64,000 nucleotides of DNA from Longimicrobiales bacterium (GTDB lineage Bacteria > Gemmatimonadota > Gemmatimonadetes > Longimicrobiales > Gaopeijiaceae), in contig CBDCNQ010000005.1 of NCBI GenBank assembly GCA_965219445.1, positions 1,056,001-1,120,000 on the forward strand. The letters are read 5' to 3'. This document shows, piece after piece, positions 51,482 to 61,667 of this stretch. The notes beneath the pieces were generated by a model. The model worked only from the letters and a program-made list of their open reading frames with translations, was not told the DNA's origin and made no database searches. Within the stretch, counting starts at the first letter, position 1, and each line of letters opens with the position of its first letter. Both the position numbers and the translations under genes were made by a program.

Positions 51482-54400
51482 CTATCCGAGCAGGGCGTCG
51501 TCCGCGATGACGAAGCGGCCGAAAAGGCCGAACTGAAATTGGGAGGAGCCTGATTGGAGCCCAACGAAGGACCGCCGATCCGTGTACGAAAGCTGGAGCC
51601 GAACGTCCAAGCGCGACACCGCGGTCTCCACCCTGAAGACCAGGCTTCGAATGAGCTCGTCCAAGAACGGCACGCACGCCCTTCGGGTCGTGGTGCTCCG
51701 ACAGTTTCGATCCGACGCGTACTGTAGGAGAGCCGTGATCGTGATCGGGCGGCTCAAGCGGGCGGCCAAAGCGGAGGGCGGCCGCATCGAGGCCGCGAGC
51801 GAAACCGTATGATTGTCCCTGTCTCTTTCAGTTTCTCCGGTAGGGTCACTTCCCTCACCGCTCGTGAATGAGCCCCGATAACTCGTTGACACGCCGCCAC
51901 CCCATACGAGGGCGATTTCCACCGGAATCCGTTCGTCCCGCTGAAGCCTCTTTTGCAGGCCAAACCCGCCGAAGGCAGTCCTTTGCCTGATGCGTTGGAA
52001 GCCTGCGGATAAGATCACACGTCTGACCAACGCTTGGTCCGGAAGCGGCAAATTTGTGAGCGAAAGGTTCAAGTCGGGCCAGGTCTCCCGCCGGAGCGTT
52101 CGGTCGCTCCGAGTGTCCAACGTGTTCGCCGTCGCCAGACGGTAGTTCACGCCGACTTGAAACTCCGCTGGCAGACGCACGCCGGATTGGACGGTCCAGC
52201 CGACTCGGTCCGTGAACGTCGTCGCTGTGTCAGCCCCCAATGCCGCATATCCATCTTCGCCAGCGAATCCGAAGCGGTAGGAGAAGTTCGGATCCACCGG
52301 ATCGCGATCGAACCTCGAGGTCAACCCGGCTTGGTAGGTGACCGTAACCGGGTCGAGCGAACCCATGATCGCACCTACCCCTCCGCTGAGCGCCGATCCT
52401 CCCGAAGGCTCCCCACCGGGCGTTCCAAGGACCGAAGCCGGAATCAACGTGAACTGCCCGGTGAAGTCACGGCCGCCGTTGACGTCGCGTACCAGTGTAA
52501 CCGCCGAGTCACCGACGGGGTCTAAGGAGCGGTCCACGAAGGTCGCCGTACGATGGCTGGTGTAAAACGTCTGCCAGCCAAGCGCCGTCCGAACCCAATC
52601 TCCGAAACGTGGCTCGAAGCTCATGCGCGTTCGCAGGACCCTGTCGGTCTCCCACCCGAGATCGGCCCCCAGGAGCTCAAGCCTCTCGTCGTTCAATAAG
52701 TCCTGAACACCGGGATCTACGACGGCCTTCTCCGCATCGAGAAGGTCACGGATCGAGACTATGTCCCCCTCAACAGAAAACGTCTCTAAAGGCCGAAAGA
52801 CGATCTCGAAAGCGCTCTCCAGGGATTCTCGGGGAGACCGCGTGGGCCTCACCTGGGAATCACTGCCCTCCTCGAGGATATGGTCGAACCGTAAGGCCCG
52901 TTGACCGCTGCGTGCGTACGACGCACCGAAAGAGAGTCGCTCCGGACTCCACCGAAAGCGGCTCTCGACGACCCCATTCTCCCACGCGCGCGGGAGTAAC
53001 CACCGTAGCACCGGCTTGAGGAATCCGGGGATGAGCCCGAAGTCACGCCTTCCCACGGCCCGACCATATCCCAGGTGCCCATCGATGCCCGACGCCGACC
53101 CCTCGGAGGTAATCGTGGTCGAACTGGCCGTGAAGTAACCGGCCCGCGCCTCCAAGCCGTCGAGCAGAAGACCGAGGACAGGATTAGCGGCCGGCGTACG
53201 TTTTCGAAAAGCCACGTCGACACGTGTTCTCCGCGACCCCGGCGCTCTCAGATTCCGAACGTTGTCCGCCCGGATGTCGCTCCCGATGAGGAAGCGAGGG
53301 TCCTGGTCGTTTCTCACGTGTGTCACCGTGATGGGGATCTCGACCCCCCAATCCGCGGGAGCAATTCGGTCGAGATTGAAGGTCGATCCCAAGCTGATGA
53401 TTCGATCGTCTTGAAACGTCGGGTTCTCCGACAGCTGTCTGAAGAGTGCGCCGCGGCTACTGACCGCCAGACGAGTCGTCCAGACGTCGGAGGCCTCTAC
53501 ATCCAGCGCGAGATGGGACGCCATCCCCGCGTCCCTGAGTGGGGCAGAGAGCCTCATCTCGTTGATCCACACCTCTCCAGCCGTCGGGAACCCCGCCTCG
53601 TTCCAAACGCCTATCGATAATTCACGGACAGCAGCGAGGTTCGGGGCTCGCGCCCGATCCTTGAGTACGATCGCGTACGTGGAGTCCCGTGCCCAAAGCT
53701 CGAGCGGCGGGTCTCCGGGGCCACGCGGGTTGAAAATGAGGTCCTCCTCCGCTTCGCGCCGGAGGTCGATCCACTCCTCAAAATCGATGACGATCTCGGG
53801 GAGCCAATCCTCAGGCGAGATGCTTCCCGGATTCGGCACCGGTTGAAGCGGGGTGCGATACAGATAGAAGTTCTCGGCGTCCTCTCCGACCTTAATGAAG
53901 AATGACACGGGCACGGTGGCTCCCCAATCGCCCGCGCGGGCGAGCGCCCACAGCTTGAGCTCTCGATACGGCAGAAAATCCCTCGGGCGTTGTGGGAACC
54001 GATTGAAGACCTCGGCGCGGGATCCGGACTGTACACCCTCATACTCCAACTTGAGACCCTTCTCGTTGAACTCCCTGCCCACACCACCGAATGCAGCCGA
54101 AGGATCATCTAGCTCCTCGGTCACTCCTGGGGGCGCCTGGTACGCTGCTCCTTCGGTGACGAGACTTACAGGGCCCACCTCGGCTCGCCCGAGCACGCTC
54201 GCCGTATCACCCACGATGCCGTCCAGGACCCCCAACTCGGTTCGCTTTACCCAACTAGCTCCGACCAAGCGCATCCGAAACAGCGTGACGCTGTCGTTGC
54301 GCCGGCCCGCGATCGTCAGACGCATGTGTTTCACCGCTCGAAAGTCGGCCTCTGAAAAGGGTCCGGGCACTTCGGTGACCGCGCCCCCCCGAAGCGGAAT

Positions 54401-57400
54401 CCGATAGAGCTGAAACTCGGTCCCGGTCTCAGCCCGGTTACGTACGAGGAAGGGGGATGAGCCATCGAGCCGAACGACGAACCGCAGGTATCGTTCGAGG
54501 TTGTCCAGGTTACCGTCCCCGTCCAGATCCTCAGTGTCCTCAATACCATTGTTCCGCGTGCAGTTCGCCCTCTGGTCACCGAGATCGTAGACGGCGCCGG
54601 GCTTGGCCTGGCACGTCTCACCCCACAGGCCTCTCTGGTCGGTGGCGTCGCTCCAGACCTCGCCGAGCCGTGGATTCGCCTCGTGATCGAGACGCCCGAG
54701 TCCCCATGGGGCACCGTCTTCCTTCACCCCCGTGGTTCGGCCCTGGCCATCGATGAACATCCCGTCCTCACCGACCGCGCCCAGGTCGATCACAAGGCTC
54801 AGGGAATCGCCGTCCGCCGCGTAGAACTCGAGCGACTCCGTCTTGCTGAGGTCCATTCCGGTGGTACTCAAGCTGCTAGTCATCGACCGCCAGGATGGCT
54901 CGGTCGCACTGCCGGCACTCGGAGTGAACGTCAACACCATACCGGACTCGCGGGCCTGACTACCGGTAACATGGATCTGGCGATCGACATCGACCTCCGG
55001 GAGAAAGCCGGCGAACACACCCACGCCATCCTGACCGGGTCCGCGGACCACCCAGGTATGCTGCCAAACGAGACGGCCCGCTCTGGATTCATTCAACGGA
55101 AGGGGAAAGATGGTTTCTGCCCCGTCGCGGAAAGCCGGGGCGCTACCCAGGACCCAATCGGGTGCGTCGAGAGAGAGAGCCCGTTCGTTGGACGCATCAA
55201 AGTCGTCAAGAAACGCATCGGATCGAATGTTCGGATTGGGGAGAGAGAGTGCGAGCTCCCCCTCCAGGCCGACCCTAGAACTCCTCCCCAAACGGAGCCC
55301 TGGAATTCTCTCCAGAAACCGGTCGATCCCACCCGCCGGAAAGTCGAAATCCATACTGAGTCCGCTGAGCGTGATCGCCGCTGCTTCGGTTCCCAACTGT
55401 GGCCGATTGACCAACGCCTGCTCACTCTGGCGAAGAGCCAAAATGTTGAACCCCCCGTATGAACCGGCCTGGATGCCACCGTTGAAGCCGAAGACGGAAG
55501 TGGGCGTGACCTGGAAGATTGCCTTCTGCTCCCATGTGGCGCGTACGACTGGCTCCGAGGCCGTGGCGAAAAGTATCTCCGGCTCGGTCAACGTCACCTG
55601 CCCGATTGTATAGTCGATGGTATAGTCGAGGTCCCGGACCAGGAGACGGTCTCCAAGGAAGACCCGTTCTGAGTCGTCACGGATCCCCAGCGCACCCAGC
55701 GAAAAGGAGGAAATGACGCCTCGGCTTCGAAGCTCGAAGGGGATGGTCAGGCGGTAGAGCCCGCCGCTCTCCCGCAGGAAAGGATCTTCTGCTTCATAGA
55801 TCGTGGGATTCCCGTCAGACCCGAGAATCTGCGCTGTTTCCCCGGCCGTGAGACTGAGCACCGGGACGGGCGGGGGGGATTGGAACGGGCGGAGCGTGGG
55901 GAAGAAGATGAAGACGCCCGGAACCACCGGTTGCTCTTGAAGAAATTCATCGGTCCACCGGTGCAGTCCCGCCGGGTCGAGGACATCGACGGGGGCCTCC
56001 TCGTCCAACCCGAAGAGTCTCAGGAACGTCAAATCCCTCCCGGCGGGATCCCGGGTGAAGGTACGACCCGCGCTGAGCTCCCCCAAAGAGATGGACAGCC
56101 CGACCGAGGACGGTTCGACGTCGGGCGACGAGGAGACACGGTACACTTGATGCATCTCCTGATCCCAGGTGGGCAGGCCCGGTCTGTGGTTGGCGCTCGA
56201 CGCCCTGAGTAGCTTGAGCGAGGGGCGCCCCCCGGCATTGTAAACTTGCTCGGGATTGTACGTGCCGATCGTGTCGCCCGCCGCAGAAACGTAGGTCACC
56301 GCGAGCATCTCGTCCCGCCCGAGAGGCCGCCTCAGGGCCACCCACAATCCGCTGGAATGAATCGAGTAGTCGACGCCTGCTTGAAGGAATCGGAACCACC
56401 CGGATTCCTGAACAGTATTGCCGTCCCGGCTGGCGAACCCGTCCGCCTGGATGAGCCCATCCACCTGCTGCCGTGTCACGGGGTCCGTCTCGAATCGATA
56501 GATCTGAACCGGATCCACCCCCGGAACGACGTCTAGGGGCGCCATGAACGGATCCAGCGCGAGAACATCGATGTGCGGGCTGCCATCGATCTCAGCCGGG
56601 TCGACGAGAAAGAAGAATTGGCCTCGTACGTAGTCCGCATCGTCGATGACGAGCGTGTCGACCTGTACGAAACCCTCTTGGCCGGGGCCCCCGCTCAAGC
56701 GGAATTCTCGACTCGACACGTCGCCCGTTTGCTGAGCCCAGACACTCCTGAAATCCAGCGGACCTGCCTGCCCTGTCATAAGGAAGCCGAAGTTCCCGGC
56801 AGGAACGCCTTGGGTCAGAAAGCGCGATTGGGGAAGAGCAAAGGTGACGTCCCCCAACTCGACGGTCTTCAGCACCGCGTCCTCGCCACCCTCATAGAAA
56901 ATGTTGAGGTTGTTGGCGGCTGAAAATTCACGCGCTTGGTCGAAATCTACATCCAGTGTGATACGATCGCTGATCGCTCCCGCCGCACGAACGGCAAACT
57001 GAATGTCGGGACTGAGCCGTGGGAGCACACCGGGGTCGCAAGAAAACTGCACGCTTGAATCGCAAGGACGGAACCGGGTCCAATCACCTCCCAATTCGCC
57101 CTGACCGACGATCTCAAAATCCAGGTCGGCGAGTCCTCTCGCCAGCCCGTTCCCCACCGGCGCACTACTGGGAGGGGCCCGGGCCGGAGCGGCGGGCTCG
57201 AGAAGGATCTCCCGCCTCAGGGCCAACCGTCGCCGGATCAGCATCGGCCCCCGGGCCACCACCCACCGAGAAACGTTGGGCCCGGGAGCATCGGTGACGA
57301 TCGTGGGAGCGTCCAAATCGATGGGCACAAGGAGGGGTACGGTCTTCAGGCCTATTTGACCGACGGTATAGCCTCCCGGCGCTGCCCGGCCTGGAAAGGG

Positions 57401-57532
57401 CGAAAGAAATGCGGGAAGTTCGAGCGCGGGTGGCTGAAGACGGGCCGTGTCCGGAAGGGCCGTTGATCCTTGCCCAAGTGCTGCCCGGGGTATGATCATG
57501 GTGAGGGCCAGAATGATTAGCGTCAGAGCCAT
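51482..57532 (-). CDS. sprA: SprA-like giant outer-membrane beta-barrel protein (2,016 aa)
   Basis: Signal peptide; VELGDVTFALPQSRF, DYTIDYTIGQVT, DDFD, DTEDLDGDG, YRIPL, GEVWINEMRL motifs; amphipathic C-terminal strands. Confidence 0.75.
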   Translation of the reverse strand: MALTLIILALTMIIPRAALGQGSTALPDTARLQPPALELPAFLSPFPGRAAPGGYTVGQIGLKTVPLLVPIDLDAPTIVTDAPGPNVSRWVVARGPMLIRRRLALRREILLEPAAPARAPPSSAPVGNGLARGLADLDFEIVGQGELGGDWTRFRPCDSSVQFSCDPGVLPRLSPDIQFAVRAAGAISDRITLDVDFDQAREFSAANNLNIFYEGGEDAVLKTVELGDVTFALPQSRFLTQGVPAGNFGFLMTGQAGPLDFRSVWAQQTGDVSSREFRLSGGPGQEGFVQVDTLVIDDADYVRGQFFFLVDPAEIDGSPHIDVLALDPFMAPLDVVPGVDPVQIYRFETDPVTRQQVDGLIQADGFASRDGNTVQESGWFRFLQAGVDYSIHSSGLWVALRRPLGRDEMLAVTYVSAAGDTIGTYNPEQVYNAGGRPSLKLLRASSANHRPGLPTWDQEMHQVYRVSSSPDVEPSSVGLSISLGELSAGRTFTRDPAGRDLTFLRLFGLDEEAPVDVLDPAGLHRWTDEFLQEQPVVPGVFIFFPTLRPFQSPPPVPVLSLTAGETAQILGSDGNPTIYEAEDPFLRESGGLYRLTIPFELRSRGVISSFSLGALGIRDDSERVFLGDRLLVRDLDYTIDYTIGQVTLTEPEILFATASEPVVRATWEQKAIFQVTPTSVFGFNGGIQAGSYGGFNILALRQSEQALVNRPQLGTEAAAITLSGLSMDFDFPAGGIDRFLERIPGLRLGRSSRVGLEGELALSLPNPNIRSDAFLDDFDASNERALSLDAPDWVLGSAPAFRDGAETIFPLPLNESRAGRLVWQHTWVVRGPGQDGVGVFAGFLPEVDVDRQIHVTGSQARESGMVLTFTPSAGSATEPSWRSMTSSLSTTGMDLSKTESLEFYAADGDSLSLVIDLGAVGEDGMFIDGQGRTTGVKEDGAPWGLGRLDHEANPRLGEVWSDATDQRGLWGETCQAKPGAVYDLGDQRANCTRNNGIEDTEDLDGDGNLDNLERYLRFVVRLDGSSPFLVRNRAETGTEFQLYRIPLRGGAVTEVPGPFSEADFRAVKHMRLTIAGRRNDSVTLFRMRLVGASWVKRTELGVLDGIVGDTASVLGRAEVGPVSLVTEGAAYQAPPGVTEELDDPSAAFGGVGREFNEKGLKLEYEGVQSGSRAEVFNRFPQRPRDFLPYRELKLWALARAGDWGATVPVSFFIKVGEDAENFYLYRTPLQPVPNPGSISPEDWLPEIVIDFEEWIDLRREAEEDLIFNPRGPGDPPLELWARDSTYAIVLKDRARAPNLAAVRELSIGVWNEAGFPTAGEVWINEMRLSAPLRDAGMASHLALDVEASDVWTTRLAVSSRGALFRQLSENPTFQDDRIISLGSTFNLDRIAPADWGVEIPITVTHVRNDQDPRFLIGSDIRADNVRNLRAPGSRRTRVDVAFRKRTPAANPVLGLLLDGLEARAGYFTASSTTITSEGSASGIDGHLGYGRAVGRRDFGLIPGFLKPVLRWLLPRAWENGVVESRFRWSPERLSFGASYARSGQRALRFDHILEEGSDSQVRPTRSPRESLESAFEIVFRPLETFSVEGDIVSIRDLLDAEKAVVDPGVQDLLNDERLELLGADLGWETDRVLRTRMSFEPRFGDWVRTALGWQTFYTSHRTATFVDRSLDPVGDSAVTLVRDVNGGRDFTGQFTLIPASVLGTPGGEPSGGSALSGGVGAIMGSLDPVTVTYQAGLTSRFDRDPVDPNFSYRFGFAGEDGYAALGADTATTFTDRVGWTVQSGVRLPAEFQVGVNYRLATANTLDTRSDRTLRRETWPDLNLSLTNLPLPDQALVRRVILSAGFQRIRQRTAFGGFGLQKRLQRDERIPVEIALVWGGGVSTSYRGSFTSGEGSDPTGETERDRDNHTVSLAASMRPPSALAARLSRPITITALLQYASDRNCRSTTTRRACVPFLDELIRSLVFRVETAVSRLDVRLQLSYTDRRSFVGLQSGSSQFQFGLFGRFVIADDALLG

Positions 57533-57586
57533 GAATCGGCTGATTCGCTCGGATCGGATCTTGCAGTATGGTGTAGGGAGGTCGAC

Positions 57587-59035
57587 ATGAGGATAATCAC
57601 CAAATATCTAATCCGTGCACACACGGGACCGTTCCTCTTCGCATTCTCGGCTCTCACCGGGCTCCTTTTTCTGAACGCGGTCGCTCAACGGATGGACAAC
57701 CTCGTCGGAAAGGGGCTCGCCTGGAGTGTGATCGGGGAGTTCATGCTCCTGTCTCTGCCTCACACGGTCGCGCTCACGCTCCCCATGGCCATCCTCGTAT
57801 CTGTACTCTACACGTTCAGCGAGCTTACCGCCGCAAACGAGATTACCGCCATGGCGGCGGGTGGCATCAGGCCGCTCCGGATTCTACTCCCACTCCTTGG
57901 GGTCGGCACCATCCTCGCAGGCGTGATGTTCTTTTTCAACGATCAAGTGCTGCCCGAGGCCAACCACAGGCTCAAGAACCTGATCATCGACGTCGCGCAG
58001 AAGAGTCCCACATTCGAACTGCGCGAACGGGTCATCAATGAAATCGAGACCGAGGACCGAGGAGGAGCGGTGTACTTGCAAGCCGCCACCATCGACCGGG
58101 TTACGAACGAGCTGACGGAGGTCGTCATCTACGATCTGAGCGACCCGAATGCTCACCGAACGACCTATGCGTCGAGTGGAACGATGGCGTTCAGCGACAG
58201 CCGCACCGACCTGTACCTGACCCTCTACGACGGCGACGTCCTGGAAGCCGACCAAACCCGCTCCGGTGAATTCAACCAGTCGGAGTTCGAGGTCCAGATC
58301 GTTCCGCTGCGAGGGGTCGGAGACGAACTCGAACGGCGAGAGGGGGGTGGCGTCCGCAGCGACCGTGAGATGTCCATCGCCCTGTTGAAGGCTGAAATCG
58401 ACAGCCGGACAGAGGACCTCGGCCGGGTTCGCCAACGGAGTCTCGAACAGGCCCACAAGGCGATCACGGACGCCCTGGGGTATCCGGCATCGGGGCCGCC
58501 TGAGGTAGATCAAGCGGAGTCGACTTCCCGAGGCGAAGAGGGCTCCGTAATTACGCAGGGCCGCGGCCCACGGCTCGTCAACACTACTGATGATCTCACT
58601 CGTGAAACGGCATTGATAGGTCGCCAGAACCTCGGTCGGCTTACGGCGCTTCAGTCGGCATCGGACCAATTCCGTGTCGAAATTCACAAGAAATACGCGA
58701 TCGCATTCGCGTGCATCGTGTTCGTCTTGATGGGCGCCCCCTTGGGCATCCGATTTCCGCGGGGAGGGGTCGGCATGGTCATCGTCACTTCGGTGGCGAT
58801 CTTCGCCGTCTATTGGGCCGGCCTGATCGGTGGAGAAAACCTGGCAAATGAAGGTGTGGTGACACCGTTTTGGGCCATGTGGACGGCCGACCTGGTATTC
58901 CTAGGTCTAGGCCTCGCTTTGGCTGCACGGATGAGCCGAACCGCAGGCTCCAATCGTCGAAGCGGCCTCGGCCACGTGCTGTTCAACCTCTCGAGTTTGG
59001 GGCGCGGGATGGCGACCCATTATCGTAAAGCGTGA
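57587..59035 (+). CDS. lptF: LptF/LptG-family permease
   Basis: LPMAILVSVL, NEITAMAAGG, EIHKKYA, GAPLG. Confidence 0.85.
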   Translation: MRIITKYLIRAHTGPFLFAFSALTGLLFLNAVAQRMDNLVGKGLAWSVIGEFMLLSLPHTVALTLPMAILVSVLYTFSELTAANEITAMAAGGIRPLRILLPLLGVGTILAGVMFFFNDQVLPEANHRLKNLIIDVAQKSPTFELRERVINEIETEDRGGAVYLQAATIDRVTNELTEVVIYDLSDPNAHRTTYASSGTMAFSDSRTDLYLTLYDGDVLEADQTRSGEFNQSEFEVQIVPLRGVGDELERREGGGVRSDREMSIALLKAEIDSRTEDLGRVRQRSLEQAHKAITDALGYPASGPPEVDQAESTSRGEEGSVITQGRGPRLVNTTDDLTRETALIGRQNLGRLTALQSASDQFRVEIHKKYAIAFACIVFVLMGAPLGIRFPRGGVGMVIVTSVAIFAVYWAGLIGGENLANEGVVTPFWAMWTADLVFLGLGLALAARMSRTAGSNRRSGLGHVLFNLSSLGRGMATHYRKA

Positions 59036-60105
59036 TCAGGATTCTGGACGTGCTGATGGCGAGGACGTTCCTGCGCATCTTCGCTCTGTTCATCCTCGGT
59101 GCTCCACTCCTGTTCATTGTCGGTGACCTCGTTGAGCAGGTGGACCGGTATTTCGATAGGGGTCTCACGGTGGGCGAGGTCGCCCTCGCCTACGCGTACA
59201 TGCTTCCCGAGTTCATCTCCTGGTCCTTCCCGATCGCCGCGCTGATCGCTGCGGTGTTCACCATCCACTCCATGACCCAGCACCGAGAGATCCTTGCCGC
59301 GAAGGCTGGCGGAATCTCGTTTCACCGCCTGATGGCACCGCTCGTCGTGTTGGGACTGCTTCTGACCGGGGCCGGACTTCTCCTCAGTGACGTGGTGCCC
59401 GTGGCCAAGAGACGCTCCGGGCAGATTCTTCGCAGTGAAGAGGTCGGCCGACAGTGGCGCACCGACTTCGTGTTCAAGACCGACGACGACCAGACGTTGA
59501 CGGTGAGGCGACTCAATGTCTATCCGCCGTCGATGACCCAAGTAGTCCTTGAGGTTCCTGCCGGATCGGACGGGGAGGTGGCACAGCATATTCAGGCGAT
59601 CCGAGCGCCCTTCGACAGTGTGCGCGGATGGACGTTCGAGACCGGGTATCTGCGTATCCTCCCCGACCGGGCCGAACCCCTGACCCTTTACTTCGACTCG
59701 CTCAGGTCGAGTGGCTTCGGCGAGCCGCCAAGGGGTCTGCTTGCGCGGCCCGACGACGAAGACGAAATGACCGACTCCGAAATCGACCGGATGGTAGCCA
59801 ACATCACCCGCTCGGGTGGCGACCCGAGTACGTTGCTGGTCAAGAAGGGCCAGCGGAAGGCCATCGCGGTGGCGACTTTGGTGATCATTCTGTTCGGTGG
59901 GCCCCTCGCGACCAGCTCTCGACGGGGAGGGGCGGCCTACGGAATCGGCATCGCGCTGGCGTCGACGATCCTCTACCTACTCCTGTTCCGCTTGGCGGGA
60001 GCTGCGGGCCAGTCCGGAGCGCTCTCACCGACGCTGTCTGCGTGGCTTCCCAACATCTTGTTCCTGGCTTGCGGACTCATCCTTCTCAAGCGCGTGAGGA
60101 CTTGA
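59032..60105 (+). CDS. lptG: LptF/LptG-family permease
   Basis: GTGA overlap with lptF; EILAAKAGGIS, AWLPNILF. Confidence 0.85.
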   Translation: MIRILDVLMARTFLRIFALFILGAPLLFIVGDLVEQVDRYFDRGLTVGEVALAYAYMLPEFISWSFPIAALIAAVFTIHSMTQHREILAAKAGGISFHRLMAPLVVLGLLLTGAGLLLSDVVPVAKRRSGQILRSEEVGRQWRTDFVFKTDDDQTLTVRRLNVYPPSMTQVVLEVPAGSDGEVAQHIQAIRAPFDSVRGWTFETGYLRILPDRAEPLTLYFDSLRSSGFGEPPRGLLARPDDEDEMTDSEIDRMVANITRSGGDPSTLLVKKGQRKAIAVATLVIILFGGPLATSSRRGGAAYGIGIALASTILYLLLFRLAGAAGQSGALSPTLSAWLPNILFLACGLILLKRVRT

Positions 60106-60156
60106 GCCTGGCCCCACTCAGCCTTCTGGTGTGTGTCCCAGAAGTGTCTCGGCCAC

Positions 60157-61056
60157 TCACACCAGCTCCGCCAGAAACTCGAGAAACCCTCCAGCCAGTC
60201 TGCCTACGCATACTTCCTGCACGGGTCCGGTGAGGGTGATCTCCATCTCTTCGGTGACGGTGACCTCCATGCTGCCACCCTCCATGCGGACCTCGAACTG
60301 GCCGGATGTGGCACGTCCCGAATTCACCGCTGCGGCGGCGACCGCACACGCCGACGTTCCCGACGTGGAGGTCGGTCCCACACCTCTTTCCCAAATTCGC
60401 GCCTCCAGGGTTCGGCCATCAAGCAGGCGGGCAACCTGGACGTTGGTACCATTAGAGAAGGCAGGGTGAACACAAATCCTAGGCCCGATCTCGTCGATAA
60501 GCTCGGGTTTCCATTCCTCGGCAAAGACTACCACGTGGGGATTTCCAATCGACACGGGATGGACGATCGGGCTTCCGGCCCCGCCGAGATCGAGTCTGTA
60601 GTCCTCATCCAAGGCTCGCGCGTCAAGCCCAACGGCTTCTGGTCCGTAGCCGGCCCGGCCCATCTCCGCTGAAACATCGTACAGGCCGTGTTCGGGAGGG
60701 CCCAACACGTGGAGCCGAACGGTATCCCCTCCTACCGACACGTTGAAAGGCTCGTCGTCCACGAGTCCCTCGCGGGCCAAGTACGCGGCCAGGATCCGGA
60801 GGCCGTTGCCGCTTCGCTCGAACTCGGAGCCATCCGGATTGAACATGCGGAGGGGGAACGGCCGGCTGGTCCGATCGAGAAGAAGCACGATTCCGTCACT
60901 ACCGGGGCCCCGCCAGCGGTCGCATACCGCAACGATCCTCTCGGCGTCGAGCGCCCAATCGTCGCCGGCTTCGAAGACGAGATAGTCGTTTCCAAGGCCA
61001 TGCGCCTTGTAGAACGCCGAGCTAGCGGAGCCCGTGTCCTGCCCCGAGAGAGTCAA
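60157..61056 (-). CDS. dapF: Diaminopimelate epimerase-like protein with Ser at both catalytic Cys positions
   Basis: KAHGLGNDY, FNPDGS, SGNG, GNPH, NVQ, WERGVG, TSTSGTSAC. Confidence 0.85.
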   Translation of the reverse strand: MTLSGQDTGSASSAFYKAHGLGNDYLVFEAGDDWALDAERIVAVCDRWRGPGSDGIVLLLDRTSRPFPLRMFNPDGSEFERSGNGLRILAAYLAREGLVDDEPFNVSVGGDTVRLHVLGPPEHGLYDVSAEMGRAGYGPEAVGLDARALDEDYRLDLGGAGSPIVHPVSIGNPHVVVFAEEWKPELIDEIGPRICVHPAFSNGTNVQVARLLDGRTLEARIWERGVGPTSTSGTSACAVAAAAVNSGRATSGQFEVRMEGGSMEVTVTEEMEITLTGPVQEVCVGRLAGGFLEFLAELV

Positions 61057-61215
61057 TTCGTACTCACTCCAACGTGTACGGTCATGTCGCTCGTGATCGT
61101 GGGAGACCCGCGGTACTTCTTCGACAGTCTAGGCCTACCGTGTGGAGGAACGGTGCGCAACCATGAACCCATCCAACTCAATGTCCCCGGGCCGATACGG
61201 CCGGGGCGAGGCCCT

Positions 61216-61486
61216 GAGGCCTGCTGGAGAAGTACAGCGGGTCGCGTTAGGAGCGCCGAGGGTCCAGCGCGTAGGCGGCGCGACGACGCGATGCTGAAGT
61301 ATCGGGGAGGAGCGCCAACACCCGCGATGGGCCCTCGCCGCCCTAACCCGAAGGGCACAGGGGGGTTGCGGTCTCATAGGTCGTCTCTCCTCGTCACCGA
61401 TGCTACAGCATCGCCTCCTCGTCGTTCCTACTCTGAGCTCCGCAAGACCCCTGTGCGCGACCCACTGTACTTCTCCAGCAGGCCTC
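61216..61486. mobile_element. 271-bp MITE with 31-bp terminal inverted repeats (one mismatch)
   Basis: 61216-61246 pairs with 61456-61486; interior is homologous to the 27372 element. Confidence 0.85.
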
Positions 61487-61667
61487 TAGGAATCGCTTCG
61501 CCCAGGCACTAAGTTTAGGGGAAACGTTGGAAGGGGTGATTTGAGGCGTATTGCGGCCCGACACAAACCGCTAAAAAGCCAGACCTCGACGCTGAAGGAG
61601 TGCGGCGAGGTTTTAAATTTCGGATCTCCCCTCCCCATCTGCCTCCGAGAGGCGAGATACGAGATCA

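Noticed and set aside
61057..61667. RNase P RNA, or a SAM/cobalamin riboswitch upstream of metH
   Set aside because: The conserved signatures (e.g. GAGGAAAGUCC, SAM-I core, B12 box) were not seen; the structure is explained by the MITE.
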